64,000 bases of DNA from assembly GCA_034421955.1 (NCBI GenBank), contig DAOUJZ010000075.1:7683-71682 (forward strand), given 5' to 3'. The notes under the pieces are model-generated. The model was not told where the DNA came from. It saw only the letters and a program-made list of their open reading frames with translations, and did not search any database. Of this stretch, positions 18,358-27,300 are shown piece by piece; positions within the stretch are counted from its first letter, which is position 1, and each line of letters starts with the position of its first letter. Origin of the DNA: Dehalococcoidia bacterium (lineage in GTDB: Bacteria > Chloroflexota > Dehalococcoidia > Lucifugimonadales > CATOSD01). The position numbers and the translations under genes were made by a program.

Positions 18358-20235
18358 TTGCGGGAGCGTGCCAAGGTGCCCAGAAGGCTGAGCGGACTCA
18401 TTGGCTCCGTCGTGGGAAAGGGACGGGCCGAGGAAGAAGAGGAGAGCCTGCCGCCCGCCAGGGAGAGCTGTCTGGTCTGCGGCAGCGCGCTGGCCGGGTC
18501 GGTCCAGTACGACCGGTACCGCGTGTGCGGCCTCTGCGGCTTCCACTACAGCATGAACGCGCGCGAGCGAGTCGACTCGCTCGCTGACCCCGGTAGTTTT
18601 CGCGAGATCAACCGCTCGATAACTTCCCTCGACCCGCTGTCCTTCTCCTCCAAGGTCTCCTACAAACAGCGCATATTTCGCGACCAGCGGCGCACCGGAC
18701 TGACCGAGGCCGCGGTGACCGGTACCTGCACAATAGGCGGCAGCCCGGCCATGCTCATAGTGCTCGACTTCGGGTTCATGGGGGGCACCATGGGCTGCGT
18801 GGTGGGCGAGAAGGTTGCGCTCGCGCTGGAGCGCGCGTCGCGCAATCTGCTGCCCGCGATAGCCATTGTGACCAGCGGAGGAGCGCGCATACAGGAAGGG
18901 GCGCTGTCGCTGATGCAGATGGCGAAGACGTCGATCGCGTCCGGCCGGCTGGACGCGCGGGGCCTTCCCTTCATATCGGTGCTCGCCAACCCCGCCACCG
19001 GCCAGGCCTATGCCAGCTTCGCGAGCTTGGCCGACATCGTGGTGGCCGAGCCCGGCGCTATCGTGGGCGTGAGCTCGCTGCGCCAGATACAGCAGTCCAC
19101 CGGCGAGCCACTGCCCGAGCGCGCCCACACCGCCGAGTCGTTCGAGCGCCACGGCGTGCTCGACGCGGTGGTGGAGCGCGCCAAGCTGAGGGATATGCTG
19201 GCGACGACGCTGGACCTGCTTGGCCCGCAGTACCGGCTCACCCCTATGCGGAAGCGCGACCAGCGGCGGTTCGTCGAGACGAGCGCGCCGCAGGCGCCGC
19301 AGGCATGGGACTCGGTGCAGCTCGCACGGCACGAAGGGCGGCCCACTTCGCTCGGCTACATAGACACCATATTCGCGCCGTTCGTCGAGTTGCACGGCGA
19401 CCGGCACACGGCGGACGACCCGGCTATCGTGTGCGGCATCGGGCGCCTGGGAGGCCAGACAGTTGCGGTTGTCGGACAGGAGCGCGACCGCTCCGATGCC
19501 GACGGCGACCGCAACGACGGGCGCACGTCGCCCGCCGGCTTCCGGAAAGCGCAGCGCGTGCTGCGCATGGCAGCCAAGTTCGACATACCCATCATAACGC
19601 TGATAGACACGCCCGGCCCCTACCTGAGCCTGCAGGCCGAGCAGGGGGGACTCGGCGGCGCGATAGCCGAGACCATGGCGCTGATGGCCAGGCTCGAGGT
19701 GCCGTCGATGTCGGTCGTCATCGGCGAGGGCGGCAACGCGGGTGCGCTCGCGCTGGGCGTCGCCGACCGCGTGCTGATGATGGAGAACGCCATCTACTCC
19801 ATCATCTCGCCGGAGGATGCGGCAGAGCTGATATACCAGGACGAGGCGAGAGCCGAAGAGGCCGCCGCCTCGCTCAAGCTCACCGCCGCGGACTGTCTGT
19901 CGCTCGGTATCGTCGACAGCGTTGTGCAGGAGCCGCCCGGCGGCGCGCACCTGAACCCCGGCGAGGCGGCGCGCAACCTGAGACGGGAGCTTCTCGCCGA
20001 GCTGGTGGAACTGAGGTCGGCGCCCTCCAAGCGGCTGCTGCGGGACCGCTACAGGAAGTTCCGCAACGTGGGCGAGTACAGTTCGCACTTCCGGACCGCA
20101 ATCAACCGCGAAGTGGACGCGCTCCAGGGGCTCGTGGTCACAGGCGTCAGGCGCATGACGCGCAGGCAGCAAAACGCCCAGTCCGACGACGTGTCGCGCA
20201 ACGGCATAGATACGCTGTTCAGCGCGGGCGATTAG
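18358..20235 (+). CDS. acetyl-CoA carboxylase carboxyltransferase, fused beta (AccD) and alpha (AccA) subunits
   Basis: N-terminal Cys4 zinc ribbon (CLVCGS...CGLCGFH) and CT-beta region, followed by a CT-alpha-like half (GRPTSLGYID...) in one 625-aa ORF. The exact start is uncertain. Confidence 0.85.
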   Translation: MRERAKVPRRLSGLIGSVVGKGRAEEEEESLPPARESCLVCGSALAGSVQYDRYRVCGLCGFHYSMNARERVDSLADPGSFREINRSITSLDPLSFSSKVSYKQRIFRDQRRTGLTEAAVTGTCTIGGSPAMLIVLDFGFMGGTMGCVVGEKVALALERASRNLLPAIAIVTSGGARIQEGALSLMQMAKTSIASGRLDARGLPFISVLANPATGQAYASFASLADIVVAEPGAIVGVSSLRQIQQSTGEPLPERAHTAESFERHGVLDAVVERAKLRDMLATTLDLLGPQYRLTPMRKRDQRRFVETSAPQAPQAWDSVQLARHEGRPTSLGYIDTIFAPFVELHGDRHTADDPAIVCGIGRLGGQTVAVVGQERDRSDADGDRNDGRTSPAGFRKAQRVLRMAAKFDIPIITLIDTPGPYLSLQAEQGGLGGAIAETMALMARLEVPSMSVVIGEGGNAGALALGVADRVLMMENAIYSIISPEDAAELIYQDEARAEEAAASLKLTAADCLSLGIVDSVVQEPPGGAHLNPGEAARNLRRELLAELVELRSAPSKRLLRDRYRKFRNVGEYSSHFRTAINREVDALQGLVVTGVRRMTRRQQNAQSDDVSRNGIDTLFSAGD

Positions 20236-20261
20236 GGCCTGGCCCACGCCCCAACCGGCGC

Positions 20262-20918
20262 CTAGGCGGGGGAGCGGCCTACCTGGTCAGCCGGCGTGGC
20301 GCCGTCGGGGATGCCCTCGCTGCGTCGCACTATCCCCACCAGCAGGTACACGAACGGCGTGTCCACCGCGGCTATGGCCAGCTTGACCACGTACTGCGTC
20401 ACCATCATGTTGAGCAGCGTGCCCGTCGAAACAGTGCCAGCGAAGGCTATGGATACGAACAGCAGCGTGTCGATGGCCTGAGAGACCATCGTCGAGCCGT
20501 TGTTTCGGAGCCACAGGTGGCGTTGCCCCGTGCGACGCCCCAGCGCGTGAAACAGGAACACGTCGGCGTTCTGGCTTACCAGGAAGGCGATCATCGAGCC
20601 GAGCACGATGCGCGGGACGGCGCCGAGCGTATCGTCGAACGCGCCCTGGCCCTCCCAGAAGCCCGCCGCGGGCAGCACACGGGTCACGTACACCAGCGCG
20701 GCCATGAGAACGCTGAGCGCGAAGCCCATCCACACCACGCGGGTGGCCGTTCGCCTGCCGTACACCTCGGAGAGGGTGTCCGTTACCAGGAACGTGAACG
20801 GGTATGCGACGATGCCGGCCGACAGCACCCAGTCGCCAAGCGCGAGCGGTTTCACCGCCACGATGTTCGCGACAATGAGCAGGGCCGCGAAGGCCATGGG
20901 CAGGGCTATGCGTGCCAA
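20262..20918 (-). CDS. queuosine-precursor transporter (YhhQ/VUT family)
   Basis: 218-aa polytopic protein with the YPFTFLVTDTLSEVYG motif. Confidence 0.8.
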   Translation of the reverse strand: MARIALPMAFAALLIVANIVAVKPLALGDWVLSAGIVAYPFTFLVTDTLSEVYGRRTATRVVWMGFALSVLMAALVYVTRVLPAAGFWEGQGAFDDTLGAVPRIVLGSMIAFLVSQNADVFLFHALGRRTGQRHLWLRNNGSTMVSQAIDTLLFVSIAFAGTVSTGTLLNMMVTQYVVKLAIAAVDTPFVYLLVGIVRRSEGIPDGATPADQVGRSPA

Positions 20919-20988
20919 GTGGTTCCCCCTATCTCCGCGGCGCTGAAAGTCTGAGGCGGTCCGGGGTCCGGGCGGGAGCGAGCCGGAA

Positions 20989-21735
20989 TCAAAGGACCTC
21001 TTCGAGGTAGCCGCGAACGGCGGCGACGAATTGGCGGGCGTTCCACAGAACTTCCTCCGCCGTGCTCTGCTCGAACGGTTCCGTGCTGTAGTCGCCCAAT
21101 AGTCGGAGCCTCTGCGCCCTGTCGAAGTCCAGGTGCAATTGCCTGGGCAGCAGTCCCGCGCTAGAGAAATGGCGTCCGAAGCCCGACACGACGCCGCTGT
21201 GCCTGGAATAGGTTAGACCCTTCGTCAGCAGCGCGGCGGACGCGGCGTAGAACATGGCGTAGTAGGCGCGCGAGGCGGCGTAGTCGAAGTACTCGTCGTC
21301 CAATAGTCCTCCAGCCGCCTTCAGACTCCTTTCAGCCTCCGCCATCAGATTCTCTATCTCGGTGCTCAGCTCAGCTGCCTCCTCCGTGAAGATGAACATG
21401 CCCTCGCGCTTGACGTTGATAAAGAAGGGCGAACGCCCCGTCTGGTACTTGCGCTCGCTCATCGGCATGGGAGACAACAGCGCCACGCGCTCTTCGGAGA
21501 TGCGACGCGCCACGCCGTCCACCTTGGAGGTGTACTCGGCGACGGATTCGTCGTCCTTGAACAGCACGATAATGTCGATGTCCGACTCTTCGTGCTCTTC
21601 ACCGCGAGCGTAAGAGCCGTAGAGCACCAGCCCGCGGAGGTGGGACGCGCAGGCCGCCCGCAGGCCCACGCGAAACTCTTCGATGACCTTCCAGAGGTCA
21701 ACGGCGGGAAGCGTATGTTGGGCGGTTTGCGTCAC
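20989..21735 (-). CDS. fused minimal nucleotidyltransferase (MNT) - HEPN domain protein
   Basis: N-terminal GLVLYGSYARGEEHEESDIDIIVLF (GS...DxD NTase motif). C-terminal helical HEPN-like half with YSRHSGVVSGFGRHF (R-x4-6-H type). Confidence 0.75.
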   Translation of the reverse strand: MTQTAQHTLPAVDLWKVIEEFRVGLRAACASHLRGLVLYGSYARGEEHEESDIDIIVLFKDDESVAEYTSKVDGVARRISEERVALLSPMPMSERKYQTGRSPFFINVKREGMFIFTEEAAELSTEIENLMAEAERSLKAAGGLLDDEYFDYAASRAYYAMFYAASAALLTKGLTYSRHSGVVSGFGRHFSSAGLLPRQLHLDFDRAQRLRLLGDYSTEPFEQSTAEEVLWNARQFVAAVRGYLEEVL

Positions 21736-21776
21736 CTGGCTTTCCTTACGTGTGCGCTAATGGTGGAATGTGTGAT

Positions 21777-21805
21777 TTGACAACGTATTCGCCATATGGT
21801 ATCTT
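21777..21805 (+). promoter_or_regulatory. sigma70-like TTGACA-N17-TATCTT element pointing antisense into the NYN gene
   Basis: Hexamers read directly at 21777-21782 and 21800-21805. No plus-strand gene lies downstream, so this could be chance. Confidence 0.2.
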
Positions 21806-21825
21806 CCCTTGCAGACAAGACTACT

Positions 21826-22725
21826 CTACTGACGTTGGGTGTCGGGCGAGCTTTCGTCCGGCACCTTTATATTTTCCAGAACACACCGAGTCAGCAGGTT
21901 TTCGGCTACCAATTCAATAGCCGTTACGCTGCTGCCGGGCCGCTTGGGGTCATCAACCGCTCCTGAGACTCTTATCATTCCCATCTCAATGGCAGCTTCA
22001 ACAGTGTCAACTGCATCTCGACGTGTATTGCCATACTCTGGCCTGGTCTCAGCCAGGCGTCTAGCGAAGTAGAGCAAGGTTACGTAGGGCAGAGTCTGCG
22101 ACAGTCTGTCCAGCAGGCGAACGAAGCTGGCCCATCTGCGAACTTCGCTCAGGCTGGGCATGTCCTCCGGTCTGATGTTGGAAGTGAGTTCTATCCGAGC
22201 TTTTCGAGCTTCATCCGAGAAATACCGCTCGAACGGAAACGAGGCAGTCGCCAAGCTACTCAACTCCGGCGACAAAGAGCCTGTCTCCGAGGACACGTAA
22301 ACGTCGAAGCCTCTCGCCAGCGCACGACGCACGGCGACCGCGTAATCGGCGTCTCCCGCACATAGAAGTATGACCGGCTTAGGCGTGGCCGAGCGCTCGT
22401 GGGTGAAGTCTATCATGTCGGCGACTATGGTCGTGTCGCATCTGTCGCCGCCGCTGGCCTTGCGGGACACCAGAGCGGGCCGAACCTTGTAGTCCTGCTC
22501 GAGAACCGGCACCACCTTAGCATACTTCTCACGCCAGTCGGCATAGACGGTGGCGTAATCGAGCGTCCCCACTCGGTCAACAATGGCCCTGATAGCGGGA
22601 ACGGCCAGGCTCGCCACGCTCTCATGTGAACCCAGTCCCGAAAAGCGCCTACGCAGCCCCTTTTCGACGTTGGGCCAGTCAACGAAAGCCACGACGTGAG
22701 CCTTCGATTCGTCAGTCATACTCAT
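21826..22725 (-). CDS. NYN (LabA/PIN-like) domain protein with possible C-terminal LOTUS/OST-HTH-like domain
   Basis: VVAFVDWPNV...LLCAGDADYAVAVRRALARGFDVYV matches the NYN pattern. The C-terminal 100 aa are helical. Confidence 0.65.
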   Translation of the reverse strand: MSMTDESKAHVVAFVDWPNVEKGLRRRFSGLGSHESVASLAVPAIRAIVDRVGTLDYATVYADWREKYAKVVPVLEQDYKVRPALVSRKASGGDRCDTTIVADMIDFTHERSATPKPVILLCAGDADYAVAVRRALARGFDVYVSSETGSLSPELSSLATASFPFERYFSDEARKARIELTSNIRPEDMPSLSEVRRWASFVRLLDRLSQTLPYVTLLYFARRLAETRPEYGNTRRDAVDTVEAAIEMGMIRVSGAVDDPKRPGSSVTAIELVAENLLTRCVLENIKVPDESSPDTQRQ

Positions 22726-22750
22726 CGGCTTAGGAAAGGGCGTCCGCTGC

Positions 22751-23365
22751 CTACGCGGCTGGCACGCCGCCGTGCGCGGCGCGCTTGCTTTCGTAGGCGG
22801 CTATCGCGTCCTCATGCTCCAGCGTCAGGCCGATGTCGTCCAGCCCGTTGAGCAGCAGGTGTCGCCTGAACGCCTCGACGTCGAACTCGGCGGAAATCTC
22901 CTCCTCGTCGTCCCAGACGCGCAGGCCCTCAAGGTCCACGTTCAGGTTGTAGCCTGGCTGGGACTCCGCCTTTTCGAGGATGCGGTTGACTGTGTCTTCC
23001 GGGAGGGTCACCGGCAGCAGGCCGTTCTGGAAGCAGTTGTTGTAGAAGATGTCCGCGAAGCTTGGCGCGATGACGCACCGGAAGCCGAAGTCCTGGAGCG
23101 CCCAGGGCGCGTGCTCACGGGAGGAGCCGGAGCCGAAGTTGCGCCCCGCGACGAGTACGGACGCGCCGGAGTAGCCCGGCTTGTTCAGGATGAAGTCCTG
23201 GTTCGGCGAGCCGTCGTCGTTGAAGCGCCAGTCGTTGAAGAGAAACTGGCCGAATCCGGTCCTCTCGATGCGCTTGAGAAACTGCTTGGGAATGATCTGG
23301 TCGGTGTCCACGTTGACGCGGTTCATCGGCGCGACAACGCCCGTGTGCTTTACGAAAGGTTCCAT
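22751..23365 (-). CDS. leuD: 3-isopropylmalate dehydratase small subunit
   Basis: [39 protein letters not shown]...[17 protein letters not shown]. Start at the internal ATG 23363-23365. Confidence 0.9.
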   Translation of the reverse strand: MEPFVKHTGVVAPMNRVNVDTDQIIPKQFLKRIERTGFGQFLFNDWRFNDDGSPNQDFILNKPGYSGASVLVAGRNFGSGSSREHAPWALQDFGFRCVIAPSFADIFYNNCFQNGLLPVTLPEDTVNRILEKAESQPGYNLNVDLEGLRVWDDEEEISAEFDVEAFRRHLLLNGLDDIGLTLEHEDAIAAYESKRAAHGGVPAA

Positions 23366-23556
23366 TGAGCATACTCCGCTTGGCTTGGAAATGTACACGC
23401 AAAACTATATCACAACGGCCTCCGGGCGCGGGATGTCAGCCTTGGGTGAGGATCCGGGCAATGCGCTGGAACGGCGCCGCCGGCGTGGAGGCGAAGACTA
23501 AATCGCGCAATCTCCCAGAAATTCGGCCAGATATGACCGCAATTCCGTTTGCGCCT

Positions 23557-23589
23557 ACACACTATATGGGGTACTATATGCGTTACCCC
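23557..23589 (+). promoter_or_regulatory. candidate NrdR-box pair / hairpin upstream of nrdR
   Basis: ACACACTATATGGGGTACTATATGCGT contains two half matches to the acaCwAtATaTwGtgt consensus. GGGGTA...TACCCC forms a 6-bp stem. Confidence 0.3.
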
Positions 23590-23720
23590 TACAAGACTTA
23601 GTGTAAATCTGGCCTTAGTCTTGTACTGGTGCAATGTGTTGTGCCAGACGGGGCCCGGACTTGCGGAGGCTTCTTGCGGCCCACACGCCGGATCCGGAGA
23701 CGCCAACGAGGACGCGCCCA

Positions 23721-24266
23721 ATGAAATGCCCCCAGTGCCAGAACGATCATTCCAGGGTGGTCGACTCGCGCGATTCCGGGGACAGCGTCCGGCGCAGGCG
23801 GCAGTGCTCGGGGTGCTCTGAAAGATTCACCACCTATGAGCGCGTGCACACCCGGACTCTTCGGGTGGCCAAGCTGGACGGCCGCCGCGAGGAGTACAGC
23901 CGCGAGAAGCTGGTCGCGAGCCTGCACAAGGCGTGCGCGAAGCGGCCCCTGGCCATTGCCAGCATAGAGAGGCTGGCGGATGAGATAGAGGCCGAGTTCA
24001 GTAACGCTGGCAGACTCGAAGTCCGTTCCAATGTGATCGGCGAGTTGGTTATGGAAAAGTTGAAGGAGTTGGACCGCGTGGCTTACATACGATTCGCCAG
24101 CGTGTACCGCGACTTCCGCGACGTCCACAGTTTCATCGACGCGGCCAACGCCCTTCTGGACGGCCAGGACGCCACGGTGGACGACAGCGGCCAGCTTTCG
24201 TTCCTGGACAGCCGCAAGCTACCGCGCCGCCGCGGGCGCCGCCGCCAAAAATCCGGCGCACAATAG
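23721..24266 (+). CDS. nrdR: transcriptional repressor NrdR
   Basis: MKCPQCQNDHSRVVDSR...RRRQCSGCSERFTTYE zinc ribbon plus ATP-cone, followed by a basic C-terminal tail. Start at ATG 23721. Confidence 0.9.
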   Translation: MKCPQCQNDHSRVVDSRDSGDSVRRRRQCSGCSERFTTYERVHTRTLRVAKLDGRREEYSREKLVASLHKACAKRPLAIASIERLADEIEAEFSNAGRLEVRSNVIGELVMEKLKELDRVAYIRFASVYRDFRDVHSFIDAANALLDGQDATVDDSGQLSFLDSRKLPRRRGRRRQKSGAQ

Positions 24267-24298
24267 GCGGCGAAACCTTGCGGGGTTGCCCTCGCTGT

Positions 24299-24312
24299 AG
24301 TACATTTGTACT
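24299..24312 (+). promoter_or_regulatory. perfect palindrome AGTACA-TT-TGTACT between nrdR and nrdJ
   Basis: Read directly. It overlaps the most upstream TTG of the nrdJ ORF, so the true nrdJ start is probably downstream (TTG 24393 after AGGGG, or ATG near 24459). Confidence 0.25.
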
Positions 24313-27300
24313 TGCAAGAGCACCAACGCATCGGTTCCGAACTACGCCAAACACCGCATTTATCCACAAGTGTTGTCATCAGGGGTGCGAAGTTGATAGA
24401 AGAGCGAAACGTCCAGGGGTCGCGTGCCGCGCGGACGAGGAAAGATCTGGCAAACGAAATGAGAGAACTTGTCGAGCGGCATGGGCTGTCCTATGCGAGC
24501 GCGGCCGAAATAATGTCGCAGCTCGAGAACGGCGCCGCGCATCCGGGAGCGGGGGTGACGACGGCTCCGACCGGACTCAACGGCGCGGCGGCGGACGGGG
24601 AGATTCCCCCGCTGAATGCTGCGTTGGAACTGTCGGACAACGCGCGGGTGATTCTGGAAAAGCGCTACCTGATGAGGGACGAGGAGGGCAACCCCGAGGA
24701 AGGGCCCGAGGAGCTGTTCCACAGGGTCGCGGGAGCCGTCGCCCTGGGCGAGTCCGAGGCTGTACGCTCCCACTGGGAGGCTCGCTACTATAACTTGATG
24801 ACGTCACTCAAGTTCCTGCCCAACTCGCCCACGCTGGTCAACGCCGGCACGGGAGGCCGCGGTTGCCTGTCCGCCTGCTTCGTGGTGTCGCCCAACGACG
24901 ACATGGACTCCATCATGGAGGTGGCCAAGGACGCCGCTATGATCGAGAAGTGGGGCGGCGGCATAGGTTTCGGCTTCTCCAAGCTCAGGCCCAGGCTCGA
25001 CCGGATCGCCACCACGCACGGCGAGGCGTGCGGCCCCATCGCCGTGATGAAGCTGTACTCGTCGGTGGGGGCGACCCTCACCCAGGGTTCCTTCCGATTG
25101 GGCGCGCACATGGGGCAGCTAATCATCAGCCACCCCGACGTGAGGGAGTTCATCCACTGCAAGGACAACGACGACACTCTACAGAACTTCAACATATCGG
25201 TGCAGATAACCGACGAGTTCATGCGTGCGGTGGACAACGACGAGCAGTGGCAGCTGCTCAACCCGCGCGACAGCGGCGACGGTCCCATCAACACCGTCGT
25301 GGAGGAGGTGAGCGCGCGGCAGCTATGGCGCGAGATATGCGAGTCGGCCTGGAAGTCCGGCGACCCGGGCGTGGTCTTCATGGACCGCGTCTGGGAAACG
25401 CAACCCAACCCGCAGATGGGGGACATACAGACGAGCAATCCTTGCGTGACCGGCGACACGCTGGTGTACACGGGCGATGGTCTTGTGCCGATAGGCGAAC
25501 TGGCCGGCACGACCCCGGCGCTGTCGCTGGACAGCAGGTCGGGATCGGAGGCGTCGTTCGCGATCAGGGTGTGGCAGAGCGGAGTCAAGCCGGTGTACCG
25601 GCTCGTGACGCGCGAAGGCTACACGCTGAAGTTGACCGCCGATCACGAGGTGTTCACGACGCGCGGCAAGGTGGCCGCAGGTGAGCTGAGGCGTGGCGAC
25701 CGCGTGCGCCTGCTCGACCACAAGGGGTACTTCGGTAGCCTGGGCGACAGGAACCTGGGGCTGACGCTCGGCTGGCTCACCGGCGACGGACACATCGACG
25801 TGAGGCGCGCCGTCCTGAGCTTCTACGGGGAAGACCACGAGCTGGGGCCGGCGCTGTCCGAGGCGATGCAGGCGGTGGTGGCGGGGGCCGGACAACGCCC
25901 CGAAAGGGCTTATCCCACGGGTATGCACGTTACCAGGGAAGGGCGGGGCATAATCCAGTCGACCCGCCTCAGGGACGTCGTCCGCGGGTACGGCCTCACC
26001 GAGGAGGACTGGCACCACGTCCCCGCCGTTGTCTACCAGGGCACGGAGGAGATGCAGCGCGGATACCTGCAGGCGCTCTTCGGCGCCGACGGCACGGTGG
26101 CGGGCTCGGGACCGGAGAAGGGCGTTTCCGTGCGCCTGAACTCCTCGTACCCTGAGCTCCTCGAAGGTGTGCAGCGTCTGCTGCTCAACTTCGGCATCGC
26201 CTCCCGGATGTACCTGCGGCGTGGCGAGCGCATGGCTGCCATGCCCGACGGAAAGGGCGGGACCAAACAGTACAGGACGCTGCCCAACTACGAGGTGATA
26301 ATAGGCAAGGACAACGTGCGGCGATTCGCCGACGAGATTGGCTTCCTGAACGAGCGCAAGAACATCCGACTGCAGGAGGCGACGTCGGCCTACAAGAGGG
26401 GTTTCTATAGGGAGCGCTTCCTTGCCACTTTCGACCGTCTCGAGGCGCTGGGCGAGGAGCCGGTGTACGACCTGACTGAGCCCATGACGCACTCGTTCGT
26501 GGCCAACGGTCTCGTCATTTCCAACTGTGGTGAGGAGTTCCTGGAGAACTACGGCAACTGCTGCCTGGGCTCCATCAACCTGGACAAGCACGTTTCCGGA
26601 GGCGCGTTCGACTGGGGCGCGCTGGAGGACACGGTGCGCACGGCGGTGCGCTTTCTCGACGACGTGATCGAGGTCAACCAGTTCCCGCTGGACAAGCTGC
26701 GGGAGGTCAACCTCGCGACGCGGCGCATCGGGCTGGGAGTGATGGGCTGGGCAGACGCGCTCATCCGTCTGGAGATTCCCTATGACTCGCCCAGAGCGTT
26801 AGCGCTAACGCACGAGGTCGCCAAGTTCATCCACGACACCGCCTGGGACGAGTCCGCCCGGCTCGCCGCCGAGCGCGGACCCTTCCCCGGCTATGCCGAG
26901 TCGGCGCTGAAGGCCCGCGGAATGCCTCCGGTGCGCAACTCCAGCGTGGTGACCATCGCGCCTACCGGCACCATAAGCCGGCTGGCCGACTGCTCCAGCG
27001 GCATCGAGCCGCACTTCGCCAACGCCTGGTGGTCGAACGTGCTCTGGAAGGACCACGAGGGTAGCAGCGACCGGCTGCTCGACGCTCCCAAGTCGGTGTG
27101 GGAGGCGCTGCGGGACCGCCTCGGCTCCGAGGAGCAGGTGAGGGAAGTGCTGGGCCGAATCGCCGATTCGCCCAATGACGCCGAGCGCGTGTTCTCCGAG
27201 CACGGTATCGATCCCGCGCTGTTCCGCACGTCGATGCTCATCAACCCCGAGGCCCACGTGAAAATGCAGGCCGCGTGGCAGGAGTATGTTACGAACTCCG

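Noticed and set aside
18307-20247. 646-aa minus-strand ORF, and the 549-aa plus-strand ORF at 19305-20954
   Set aside because: Both overlap the motif-rich AccD-AccA frame (and yhhQ) and translate to Arg/Gly/His-rich sequence. They are shadow ORFs.
24267-24400. Cobalamin riboswitch upstream of the B12-dependent RNR
   Set aside because: No B12-box-like conserved core was recognised. The spacer is short, and riboswitch control is expected for B12-independent isozymes rather than for nrdJ.
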